Below, piece by piece: positions 46,481 through 55,532 of a stretch of DNA of 64,000 nt. The DNA is from an uncultured Rubrivivax sp. (GTDB taxonomy: Bacteria; Pseudomonadota; Gammaproteobacteria; Burkholderiales; Burkholderiaceae_C). Below the pieces are notes generated by a model. The model was not told where the DNA came from and made no database searches. It worked only from the letters and a program-made list of their open reading frames with translations. Position 1 is the first letter of the stretch, and every line of letters begins with the position of its first letter. Location: contig CAZBUU010000001.1 in NCBI GenBank assembly GCA_964495125.1, positions 30,370-94,369 of the forward strand. The letters run 5' to 3'. The translations under genes were made by a program, and so were the position numbers.

Positions 46481-48153
46481 GCGTCGAGCAACAGGTCGAG
46501 GCGCTGGTCGACGCGGGACGCATCGACGAGGCGGTGGCGCGCGTCGAGGTCTTGCTGGCCCATGAGGCCAGGCCGCCGGCCTTGCTGGCCGTCGCAGCCA
46601 CCGCCTATGCGGCGGCAGGGCGCTGGGAGCGGGCCGTGGCGGCCCTGGAGCAGGCGGTCGCGCTGCGCCCCGCCGAAGCCGCGCTGCGCAGCAACCTGGG
46701 CTTCGCCCTGCAGCAGGCCGGGCGCTCGGTGGAGGCCGTGGCGCAACTGCGGCAGGCGCTCGCCCTGCAGCCGACGCTGGCCGCCGCGCACACCAACCTC
46801 GGCAGCGCGCTGCTGGCGCTGGGCGAGGCCGACGAGGCCATCGGCCTGCTCGCCCGGCGCATGACGCTGGGCCCGGTCGATCCGCAAGCCTTCAGCGAAC
46901 TGCTGCTGGCCATGCACTACAGCGAGCGCATCGGTGCCGGGCAACTGGCCACGGCGCATCGGCGCTACGGAGAGCTTCTCGAAGGCGGTGTGCGCAGCCC
47001 CTCGCGCGTGCCTGCCCGCGGGTGGGAGCCGGCCCGTCGCCTGCGCCTGGGCTTCGTCTCCAGCGACCTGCGCCGCCACCCCGTGGCCCAGTTCGTCGAA
47101 CCCCTGTGGACGCACCTCGACCGCTCGCATTTCGACAGCGTGGCCTACTTCAACCATCCGCGGGCCGACGAGGTGAGCGAGCGGCTGAGGGGCCTGGTCA
47201 CGCAGTGGCATGACGTGCATGCGTTGGACGACGCGGCGCTGGAAGCACGGGTGCGTGCCGACGGCATCGACATCCTCATCGACCTCAACGGCCACACGCC
47301 AGGAAACCGCCTGCCGCTCTTCGCGCGCCGCCCCGCGCCCGTGCAGGTCACCTGGCTGGGGTACCCGGACACCACCGGGCTGCGCGCCATCGACCACCGC
47401 ATCACCGACGCCGTCGCCGACCCGCCGGGCGCCACGGAGGCCTTCCACACCGAGCGCCTGAGGCGGCTCGATGCGCCCTTCCTCTGCTACCGCCCGACCG
47501 ACGGCGCACCCGCGGTGCAGCCGCGCCCGCAGGCCGCGCCCGGCGCCGTCACCTTCGGCTGCTTCAACAACCGCGCCAAGATCACCGCCGGCGCCGTGAT
47601 CGCCTGGGCATCGCTGCTGCGCGAACTGCCGGCGGCCCGCCTGGTGCTCAAGGCCCGGGGCCTGGACGACGGCTCGGCGCGGGCCGAGCTGCTGCAGCGT
47701 TTCGCAGCGCAAGGCGTCGGGGCGGACCGGCTGTCCGTGCTGGGCTTCACCGAGGACCCGGTGGCCCACCTGGCGCGCTACCACGAGGTCGACATCGCGC
47801 TCGACACCTTCCCGTACGCGGGGACCACCACGACCTGCGACGCGCTGTGGATGGGCGTGCCCGTCGTCACGCTGGCCGGCGAGCACCATGCGTCGCGGGT
47901 GGGGGCCAGCCTGCTTGGCGCCGTCGGCCTGGGCGAACTGGTCGCCGACGAACCCGCAGGCTACGTGCGGCGTGCCCGGGCGCTGGCGGGTGACCCGGCA
48001 CGCCTGGCCGAACTGCGCGGCACGCTGCGCGCCCGCATGGCGGTGTCCGGCCTGGTGGATGGCGAGGCCTTCGCTGTTCGCTTCTCGGCGGCCTTGCGCG
48101 ACATGTGGCTCGATGGGTGCCTGCATCACGGGGCGGTCACACGCGCTCCCTAG
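46477..48153 (+). CDS. TPR + GT41 glycosyltransferase (SPINDLY/OGT-like)
   Basis: TPRs; RLGFVSSDLRRHPV, IDILIDLNGHT, RPAPVQVTWLGYPDTTG, FGCFNNRAK and DIALDTFPYAGTTTTCDALWMGVPVV motifs; GTGA overlap with the tpsA stop. Confidence 0.9.
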   Translation: MSVEQQVEALVDAGRIDEAVARVEVLLAHEARPPALLAVAATAYAAAGRWERAVAALEQAVALRPAEAALRSNLGFALQQAGRSVEAVAQLRQALALQPTLAAAHTNLGSALLALGEADEAIGLLARRMTLGPVDPQAFSELLLAMHYSERIGAGQLATAHRRYGELLEGGVRSPSRVPARGWEPARRLRLGFVSSDLRRHPVAQFVEPLWTHLDRSHFDSVAYFNHPRADEVSERLRGLVTQWHDVHALDDAALEARVRADGIDILIDLNGHTPGNRLPLFARRPAPVQVTWLGYPDTTGLRAIDHRITDAVADPPGATEAFHTERLRRLDAPFLCYRPTDGAPAVQPRPQAAPGAVTFGCFNNRAKITAGAVIAWASLLRELPAARLVLKARGLDDGSARAELLQRFAAQGVGADRLSVLGFTEDPVAHLARYHEVDIALDTFPYAGTTTTCDALWMGVPVVTLAGEHHASRVGASLLGAVGLGELVADEPAGYVRRARALAGDPARLAELRGTLRARMAVSGLVDGEAFAVRFSAALRDMWLDGCLHHGAVTRAP

Positions 48154-48167
48154 ACTCTTCGGACCAT
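48150..48167 (-). promoter_or_regulatory. Palindromic motif, copy 4
   Basis: Minus strand ATGGTCCGAAGAGTCTAG, 33 bp upstream of the polysaccharide export gene. Confidence 0.55.
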
Positions 48168-48200
48168 GTCCGGACGCTTCGGCGTGTCTTGAATCTCGGT

Positions 48201-50027
48201 ATGCATCCTTCTCCCCTTCGTCGCCGGGTCCTGGGCCTGGCGGCTGGTTGTCTGGCCTGGACAGCCTTGTCCGCGACCGCCCAGACGGTCCTCAACCCGC
48301 CACGCGCGCCCGTGGTCGCCGCTGCAGCGGCGGCCAGCGCGGCGACGGACGGCGCAGACGCCACGCCCGCCGCCCGCGTCGCGGCCCCGCGCGTCGAGCC
48401 GCCGCCGCCCGAACCCAGCGAGTTCGAACGCCTCGTCACCGAGGCCAACGGCGGCAAGCCCGTGCTGCGTCTGGGCGCCCGTGCGCGTCGCATCGAAGGC
48501 GGACTGCTCGACCGCGAGATTCCGGCGCGCGTGCCACCGCACTACCAGGTGCAGGTGGGCGACGAGATCTCGCTCAACGCCTGGGGCAGCATCGACCTGC
48601 AGACCCTGCTGCGGGTGGACCGTGCCGGCCGTGTGACGCTGCCCCGTGTGGGCCCCGTGGCCGTGGCCGGTGCGCCGGCGGGCGAACTCGAGGCGCGCCT
48701 GCGCGCGCGGCTGGCCACGGTGTTCAGGAACTTCGAGCTCGCCGCGGCCGTCACCGACGTCAGTCCGATGCGCGTGCACATCACGGGCTTCGTCGAGCGG
48801 CCCGGCGACTATGTCGTGCCCGGACTCAGCACCATCTCCTCGGCGATGACCCTGGCGCAGGGCCCGGCCGCTGGCGGCAGCTTTCGACGCATCAGGCTGC
48901 AGCGCGAGGACAGGACGCTGGCCGTGTTCGACCTCTACACACTGCTTCGCGAAGGCAGCCGCCGCGATGACCTGCTGCTGCAACCCGGCGACGTGCTCTA
49001 CGTCGAGCCCGTCGGTCCCCAGGTGGCGGTGCTGGGCAGCGTGAACCGCGTCGCGGTGTTCGAGGTCCTGCCGGGCGAAACCGTGGCCGACGTGCTGGCG
49101 CTGGCCGGCGGCTTCTCTTCGGTGGCCGAGCGTGGTGCCGTGCTGGTGGAGCGGCTGAAGGACCGCCACGGTGCCGGCGCCGTGGAGCTGGCACTGCCGC
49201 GCGATGGCGCCACGCCGCTCGGCGACGGCGACATCGTGCGCGTCAAGTCGCGCACCGCCGCCAACGCGCCGCTGCAGGGCCGCAACAAGCGTGTGCTGGT
49301 GGAAGGCGAAGTGCTGCGGCCGGGCGAGTACCTGCTGCCGGCCAGCGCCACGCTGGCGGACGCGGTGCAGGCCGCGGGCGGCGCCACGCCGTCGGCCTTC
49401 CTGTTCGGCACCTCGCTGCGCCGCGAGAGCGTGCGCATCACGCAGGAGGTCAACTACGAGCGGGCCTTGCGCGAGCTGGAAACCGAACTCGCGCGCAGTG
49501 CCTCCAGCCGGCCCAGCCGCGACGACAGCGGCCTGGCTGCCGACGCCGCGGCCCGCCAGCTCATCGCCAGCCTGCGCAGCCGCCGCCCCGAGGGCCGCGT
49601 GGTGCTGGACATGACGCCGCAGTCCGCCGAGCTGCCACCCGTGGTGCTGGAAGACGGCGACCGCATCCTGCTGCCGCCGGGCAACCAGAGCGTGGGCGTC
49701 TTCGGCAGCGTCTACAACGTCGGCAGCTTCCTGCATGCCGAAGGGCGCAGTCTCGGCGACTACATCCGCCGCGCGGGCGGCCCCACCGGCGGTGCCGACT
49801 ATGGCGCGGCCTTCGTGGTGCGCGCCAACGGCAGCGTGCGCAGCGCCAGCCAGGGCGGCTGGTGGACGCGCACGCGCGAGTTCGAGAGTCAGCCTGCGCT
49901 GCCCGGGGACACGGTGTTCGTGCCCGAGGAGGTCTTCCGCGGCAGCTTCGTGCAGGGCGCCAAGGACTGGACGCAGATCCTCTACCAGCTCGGCGTCGGG
50001 CTGGCCGCGCTGCGCACCGTGCGATGA
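48201..50027 (+). CDS. Polysaccharide export protein with multiple SLBB domains (Wza/KpsD-like)
   Basis: Poly_export Y.V.VGDEI..WG...VDRAG.V.LP.VG; repeated G.V.RPG.Y and LALAGG SLBB motifs; PGDTVFVPE. Confidence 0.85.
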   Translation: MHPSPLRRRVLGLAAGCLAWTALSATAQTVLNPPRAPVVAAAAAASAATDGADATPAARVAAPRVEPPPPEPSEFERLVTEANGGKPVLRLGARARRIEGGLLDREIPARVPPHYQVQVGDEISLNAWGSIDLQTLLRVDRAGRVTLPRVGPVAVAGAPAGELEARLRARLATVFRNFELAAAVTDVSPMRVHITGFVERPGDYVVPGLSTISSAMTLAQGPAAGGSFRRIRLQREDRTLAVFDLYTLLREGSRRDDLLLQPGDVLYVEPVGPQVAVLGSVNRVAVFEVLPGETVADVLALAGGFSSVAERGAVLVERLKDRHGAGAVELALPRDGATPLGDGDIVRVKSRTAANAPLQGRNKRVLVEGEVLRPGEYLLPASATLADAVQAAGGATPSAFLFGTSLRRESVRITQEVNYERALRELETELARSASSRPSRDDSGLAADAAARQLIASLRSRRPEGRVVLDMTPQSAELPPVVLEDGDRILLPPGNQSVGVFGSVYNVGSFLHAEGRSLGDYIRRAGGPTGGADYGAAFVVRANGSVRSASQGGWWTRTREFESQPALPGDTVFVPEEVFRGSFVQGAKDWTQILYQLGVGLAALRTVR

Positions 50028-51205
50028 GCCCCGATCGCGCAGCGCCGCTGGAAGCGGCCCCGGGCATGGTGCCGACCCCGCCGCGGCCGGCCGCCAGCGC
50101 CGGCGTCATGGAGGTGTTGCTGCCGCTGTGGCAGCGGCGCTGGTGGCTGCTGGCGAGCACGCTGCTGTGCGGCGCGCTGAGCGTGGGCGTGGCGCTCACG
50201 CGGCCGGTGCGTTTCAGCGCGCAGTCCAGCTTCGCGGTGCAGCCGCTGCTGCGCCCCTCGCCATCGGCGCTGGCTTCCACCTTTCCGGGGCTGGGCGGCT
50301 TGTCCGGGCCGGGCGGCGGGGCGGCCGACCTGTACGTGCTGATCCTGCGCAGCCAGACCCTCTCCGAGCGCATCCTGCAGCGCTTCCAGTTGCAGCAGGT
50401 CTGGGACCTGCGGTTCCGCACCGAGGCGCTGCAGCGCCTGTCCAAGCGTGTCAGCTTCGGCCTGGCGCGGCGCGAGGGCGTGGTCGTCATCACCGTCGAG
50501 GACGAGTTCCCGCCTCGTGCCGCGGCCATCGCCAACCAGTACATGGAAGAACTGCGATCGGTGCTGCGCGGCTTCGCGCTGGACGAGGCCCGGCAGCGGC
50601 GCCAGTTCTACGAGGCGCAGCTGGCGCGTGCCCGCGCCGCGCTCGACGAGGCGCAGAAGAAGCTGCAGGGCAGCGGCTTCGACCGTGCCGCGCTGCGTGC
50701 CGAGCCGCGTGCCGCCGCAGAAAGCTACGGCCGGCTGCAGGGCGAGCTCACGGCGGCCGAGATCCGGCTGGCCGCCACGCGGCGCGTGCGCGCCGAAGCC
50801 AGCGCCGAGGTGCAGCAGCAGCTCGCCGAACTGGCGGCGGTGCGCGCGCAGCTGGCGCGCATGGAAGCCCCGCGCGAAGATGGCCCCGGCTCCTTCGTCG
50901 CCCGCGTGCGCGAGTACCGCTACGCCGAGACGCTGGTCGATTCCATCGCGCGCCAGGCCGAGGCGGCGCGCGTGGACGAGGCCCACGACGCCCTGCCATT
51001 GCAGTTGCTGGACAGCGCCACCATTCCCGAGTTCCCGAGCAGCCCGCGCCTGCCGCTGTGGCTGTTGGCGGGGCTGGCCGCCGGTTGGGTGATCGCCGCC
51101 GCGACCGTGCTGCTGCGTCACCGCCTGGCGCTGGCTCGGCTGGACGAGGCCTATGTGCAGCGCGTCGACTTCCTGCGCTCGCTCCAGAAGCAGCGCCGCC
51201 GCTGA
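50024..51205 (+). CDS. Polysaccharide co-polymerase (Wzz/GumC-like)
   Basis: N- and C-terminal TM segments around a coiled coil; LLDSATIPEFPSSPR motif; no kinase domain. Confidence 0.8.
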   Translation: MSPDRAAPLEAAPGMVPTPPRPAASAGVMEVLLPLWQRRWWLLASTLLCGALSVGVALTRPVRFSAQSSFAVQPLLRPSPSALASTFPGLGGLSGPGGGAADLYVLILRSQTLSERILQRFQLQQVWDLRFRTEALQRLSKRVSFGLARREGVVVITVEDEFPPRAAAIANQYMEELRSVLRGFALDEARQRRQFYEAQLARARAALDEAQKKLQGSGFDRAALRAEPRAAAESYGRLQGELTAAEIRLAATRRVRAEASAEVQQQLAELAAVRAQLARMEAPREDGPGSFVARVREYRYAETLVDSIARQAEAARVDEAHDALPLQLLDSATIPEFPSSPRLPLWLLAGLAAGWVIAAATVLLRHRLALARLDEAYVQRVDFLRSLQKQRRR

Positions 51206-51209
51206 ACGC

Positions 51210-52316
51210 ATGGCTGGCCTGACGCACGAGGTGTGCGTGCTGCTCACCCCACGTGCCACCGGGGGGCATGAAGCCGCGCTGGTGGGCTGGCTGTGCGACG
51301 CCGTGCGGCAGACCGGCCTGCATCCCTGGGTGGTGGCGCCCGAGCCTGCGCTGGCGGCGCTGTGCACCGACGCCGGCCTGGCCGGGTGCCTGGACACCCA
51401 GGCGGGCACGGGCCAGGCGGCGGTGCTGCGCGCGTTGCGCCGATGGCCGGTGGGAAGGCCGCTGCTGCTGGCGCCGGGTGTGCTGCACGCGCAGGCCTGG
51501 CTGCTGGCGACGGCGTTGACGCTGGGACACCGGGTCTGGGTCTACGTGCCGATGGCCTTCAGGGCGCAGCACATGCACTACCGCTGGGGCCGCTCTCGCG
51601 ATCGCCTGCTGGCGCCCTGGCTGCGGCGCGTGGCGGGCTGGATCACCCTCGACGACCGCCAGGCCGCACTGCTGCGCGAGGGCTGGGGCATCGCGGCGCC
51701 CGTGCACCTGCTGCCCAACCGGGCCAGGCTGACGACCCCGGCCGCCCTGCCGCCCGCGCCGGAGGCCGCTGGTCGCTTGCGCGTCGCCTGGGTGGGCCGA
51801 TTCGACCTGCACCAGAAGGGGCTCGACTGGCTGGCGAGCACCATCGAGCGCAGCCCGGACTGGACGGCGCACTTTTCCTGGCGCTTCCAGGGCCGCGGCG
51901 ACGGCGAGGCCGCCCTGCGCGCGCTGGCCGGACGCGTGGCGCCGGGGGCGGTGTCCGTCTGTGCCCACGCGCCGATCCGCGACGCGCTGGCTGCCAGCGA
52001 CGTTTTGCTGTTGGCCTCGCGCTATGAAGGGCTCCCGCTGGTGGCGCTGGAAGCCACGGCCAGCGGCTGGCCCGTCGTGGCCACGCGCGAGAGCGGTCTG
52101 CAGGAACTGCTGGATGCCGAGGCGCAGTTCGCATTCGGCGACGCCATGGCGATGCGCCTGGCCCTGGAGCGCCTGCGCGAGCCTCAGCGGCGAGCCCAGG
52201 CCGTCGCGCGGGCGCGGGCCCGGCTGGAGCGGCTGTGCGATGGTGCGCGCTACGAGCAGAGGCTTCGCGGGGTCGTGCATGCACTGAAGGGTGCCGGGTC
52301 GGGGGTGGCTGCGTGA
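51210..52316 (+). CDS. Glycosyltransferase family 4
   Basis: VGRFDLHQKGLD and SRYEGLPLVALEA (ExxxxxxxE) motifs. Confidence 0.82.
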   Translation: MAGLTHEVCVLLTPRATGGHEAALVGWLCDAVRQTGLHPWVVAPEPALAALCTDAGLAGCLDTQAGTGQAAVLRALRRWPVGRPLLLAPGVLHAQAWLLATALTLGHRVWVYVPMAFRAQHMHYRWGRSRDRLLAPWLRRVAGWITLDDRQAALLREGWGIAAPVHLLPNRARLTTPAALPPAPEAAGRLRVAWVGRFDLHQKGLDWLASTIERSPDWTAHFSWRFQGRGDGEAALRALAGRVAPGAVSVCAHAPIRDALAASDVLLLASRYEGLPLVALEATASGWPVVATRESGLQELLDAEAQFAFGDAMAMRLALERLREPQRRAQAVARARARLERLCDGARYEQRLRGVVHALKGAGSGVAA

Positions 52317-53596
52317 CCAGCGTGGCGGTCCCGCTCGTGGCGCCCGCCGGGGAGGAGGCGCCGAAGCTCGCTTTCGTCCTGCTGGTCTTCCTGGTTCTGG
52401 CCTTGCAGTTCGGGCCGCTGGTCGGACTGCTCGGCTTCCGCCTCACCGGCATCGACGAGTTCGCATGGATCGGCTCGGTGCGCGACTTCGCGGCCGTGCT
52501 GCTGATGGTGCTGGCCGCTGTGGCCTGGTCGCGGCGTGCCGGGCCGCTGCCGCCGTCGGCCTGGTGGGCCCTGGCCATGGTGGCGGTCTATGCCCTGCTG
52601 GCCCTGCTGGCAGGCAGCGGACTCCTGCTCGTGGCGCTGAACCTGCGCCGTCTGGTGCTGGTGCCGCTGCTGCTGGTGGCCGTGCTCGTCATCCCGTGGA
52701 CGCCTCGGCAGGTCGACCGTCTCTTCGCGCTGATCTTCGGCACGGCCGTCGCGGTGGCCCTGTTCGGTGTCGCTGAGCGCCTGGGGCCGGAAAGCCTGTG
52801 GAGCGATGTGCTGGACATCCAGGCCTTCACGGCAGCGAACAACTTCGACCGCTTCGGTCATCAGCCGTACCACGAGAGCGGACGCTTCTTCAGCAGTGAC
52901 CTGGAGGACCTGACCGGCGGCCCGGTACGGCGGCTCATCGCCACCTACCTGGAACCCACCACGCTGGCTGCCGGCATGGCCGTGCTGCTGACCCTGGCGC
53001 TGGCGCGCCGTGCACGCGGCCATGCCGCCTGGCTGCCCGCGCTGCTGGCCCTGGGCTGCGGCCTGGCGACGCTGTCCAAGGGCTTTCTCGCCTACCTCAT
53101 CGTGCTGCTGGCCTGGCGCCTGACGGGGCTGCCTTCGCCGCGCCACCTGATGCTGCTGGTGATGCTGACCTGTGCCGCCGCGCTGGCGGCCTCTTCGCTG
53201 CACCTCGAAGGCCCGCTGGCCCACGTGGACGGCTTGATCAGTGCGTTGGAGTACCTGCGCCATGGCCACTGGCTCGGCGAAGGCATCGGCGCGGCCGGCA
53301 ACTACGCCGACAACCCTTCCGAGGTGGGCGAGGAGAGCGGCCTGGGCAATGTCATCGGGCAGGTCGGGCTGATGGCGGTGTTCTCGCTGCTGTGGATCCG
53401 CGCACTGGCCCGCGACGTGCTGGCCACCGCCACCGTGCGTCGCGACCCCGGCGGCCCCTGGCTCGCCGCCTGGCTGCTGTTCTGGACCGTGACCTACGTC
53501 TTCTCGGCCTCCAGCCTGGGTGTCGGGGGCAACGCGCTGGGCTTCCTCGCGCTGGGCCTGTACCTGCACCCCGCCAGCGGAGCCACGCCGCGATGA
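52313..53596 (+). CDS. Polysaccharide polymerase (Wzy/GumE-like)
   Basis: About 11 TM segments, large loop followed by RLIATYLEPT, and G.GIGAAGN motif. Confidence 0.65.
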   Translation: MTSVAVPLVAPAGEEAPKLAFVLLVFLVLALQFGPLVGLLGFRLTGIDEFAWIGSVRDFAAVLLMVLAAVAWSRRAGPLPPSAWWALAMVAVYALLALLAGSGLLLVALNLRRLVLVPLLLVAVLVIPWTPRQVDRLFALIFGTAVAVALFGVAERLGPESLWSDVLDIQAFTAANNFDRFGHQPYHESGRFFSSDLEDLTGGPVRRLIATYLEPTTLAAGMAVLLTLALARRARGHAAWLPALLALGCGLATLSKGFLAYLIVLLAWRLTGLPSPRHLMLLVMLTCAAALAASSLHLEGPLAHVDGLISALEYLRHGHWLGEGIGAAGNYADNPSEVGEESGLGNVIGQVGLMAVFSLLWIRALARDVLATATVRRDPGGPWLAAWLLFWTVTYVFSASSLGVGGNALGFLALGLYLHPASGATPR

Positions 53597-54789
53597 ACGT
53601 CGCCTTCGTGACCACGCAGCTCTTCGACGAGCCGCGCAGCGGCGGTGAACGCTGCACGGCGCGCCTGCTCGGTGAGCTGACCCGGGCCGGACACCGCGTC
53701 AGCCTGATCGGCCGCGGTGCCGCGCCCGGTCTGCCGTGCCCGGGCGTTTCGACGCAGACGCTGGGCCCGCTGGTCGCACCCTTCGCCACGCTGCCCTGGC
53801 CTCGGCGGGCCGCCCACCTGGCGGCCGCCTGGTGCCGTGGCCGCGCCTCCACCGTGCAGCGGCTGGCCAGCGACGGCGCTGGTGCCGCGGTGCGGCGCTG
53901 GCTGCTGGCGCAGCGCGCCGCCGGCCTGGACCTGCTGGTGGTGGACCACCTGCAGGCCTACCCGTGGGTGGCCCCGCTGCTGCCGGGGCTGCCTTCGCCC
54001 GTGGTGCTGATGCACAACCTGGAGTCGGCCGGCTACCTGGAACGTGCGGCGCTGGCGTCGGCGGCAGGCCACCGTGTGCAGGCTGCCGTCTTCCGGCGTG
54101 AGGCGCGACTGCTGCAAGGCTGGGAAAACGAACTGCTGCGCCACGCGGCTGCCGTGGCCTGCCTGAGCGAGGACGATGCCGAGGCCTGGCGCCGCATGGT
54201 CGCCACCGGCGGACATCGCACGCATGTCGATGTGCTGCCGGGCTTCGCGCCGGTGGACGCCGGTCCGGAGCGCCAAGCGTCCGCTGCGCCGGGCGAGCGC
54301 CGCATCGGCATGCTGGGCACCTGGACCTGGGGTCCGAACCGCGAGGCCCTGGACTGGATGCTGAAGCAGGTCTTGCCGCGCCTGCCGGCCCATTGCGTGC
54401 TTCACCTGGCGGGCGCCGGGCTGGACGGTCTGGGCCTGCCGCCGCAGGTGCGGTCGCTGGGCCGTCTGGCGGATGTCGCTACGTTCTATGCCGCGGTCGA
54501 TGTGGTGGCCGTGCCCTCCCACACGGGCTCGGGCGTGCACGAGAAGGTCATCGAAGCGATCGCCCGTGCGCCCGCGCTGGTGGCCACGCGCCACGCCTTG
54601 CGTGGCCTGCAGGCCGCAGCGCTGCCGCATGTCTGCGTGGTCGACGAGGCCGAAGGCTTTGCGCTCGCCTGCGCCGCCTTCGACGCGCCCGCCGCCCCAC
54701 AGCGCGACGCCGCGGTCAGGGACTGGTCGGCGCGGCGCGAGGCCGACTACCGACTGGCGCTGGCGCGCTGCCTGCGAGCCGCGACATGA
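53593..54789 (+). CDS. Glycosyltransferase (GT4-like)
   Basis: P.SGG, MHNLES, W.PNREALDW and GSGVHEKVIEA motifs. Confidence 0.78.
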   Translation: MNVAFVTTQLFDEPRSGGERCTARLLGELTRAGHRVSLIGRGAAPGLPCPGVSTQTLGPLVAPFATLPWPRRAAHLAAAWCRGRASTVQRLASDGAGAAVRRWLLAQRAAGLDLLVVDHLQAYPWVAPLLPGLPSPVVLMHNLESAGYLERAALASAAGHRVQAAVFRREARLLQGWENELLRHAAAVACLSEDDAEAWRRMVATGGHRTHVDVLPGFAPVDAGPERQASAAPGERRIGMLGTWTWGPNREALDWMLKQVLPRLPAHCVLHLAGAGLDGLGLPPQVRSLGRLADVATFYAAVDVVAVPSHTGSGVHEKVIEAIARAPALVATRHALRGLQAAALPHVCVVDEAEGFALACAAFDAPAAPQRDAAVRDWSARREADYRLALARCLRAAT

Positions 54790-55517
54790 TGCTGCGCTCC
54801 GCCCGTCTGCTGAACCGAGGTCTGCGACGGCTCGGCCTGCAGCTCGTCCGCCACCCGCGCCCGGGCAGTGCCCTGGATCGCCGGGCGCGCCTGCTGCGGC
54901 ACCTGGGCACCGAACTCGTGCTGGACGTCGGCGCCAACGCCGGCCAGTACGGCCAGCTGCTGCGGCAGACCTTGCACTGGGGCGGCCGCATCTGCTCTTT
55001 CGAGCCGCTGCCCGAAGCCTTTGCCCGCCTGAAGGCCGCGGCCCGAGGCGACCCCTGCTGGGAGGTCCACGAGATCGGGCTGGCCGAGCGCGACGGCCCG
55101 GCGCACCTGCATGTCGCCGCCAACTCCGAGAGCAGCTCGCTGCTGCCGATGCTGCCGGCGCACCTGGCCTCGGCGCCCGAGTCGCGCTATGTCGCCGAGC
55201 AGGTGGTGACGCTGCGCCGCCTGGACGGGCTGTTTGCGGAGCTGGACCAGGGCGAGCGGCAGGTCTGGTTGAAGATCGATACCCAGGGCCTGGAGCACCG
55301 CGTGCTGGAAGGGGCGTCGGCCTGCCTGCACCGCATCGGGGTCATCCAGCTCGAGATGTCCTTGTGTCCGCTGTACGAAGGCGCGCCGGTGATGGCGCAG
55401 ACCCTGAGCCTGCTGGACTCGCTGGGCTACCGTTGCGTCGGGCTGGAGCCGGGCTTTGCCGACGCGCAATCGGGCCAGCTGTTGCAGGTGGATGGCATCT
55501 TCCTTCGCCAGGCCTAG
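54786..55517 (+). CDS. FkbM family methyltransferase
   Basis: VLDVGANAGQY, SFEPLP and LKIDTQGLEHRVLEGA motifs. Confidence 0.88.
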   Translation: MMLRSARLLNRGLRRLGLQLVRHPRPGSALDRRARLLRHLGTELVLDVGANAGQYGQLLRQTLHWGGRICSFEPLPEAFARLKAAARGDPCWEVHEIGLAERDGPAHLHVAANSESSSLLPMLPAHLASAPESRYVAEQVVTLRRLDGLFAELDQGERQVWLKIDTQGLEHRVLEGASACLHRIGVIQLEMSLCPLYEGAPVMAQTLSLLDSLGYRCVGLEPGFADAQSGQLLQVDGIFLRQA

Positions 55518-55532
55518 TTGCACCCCGCGGGC

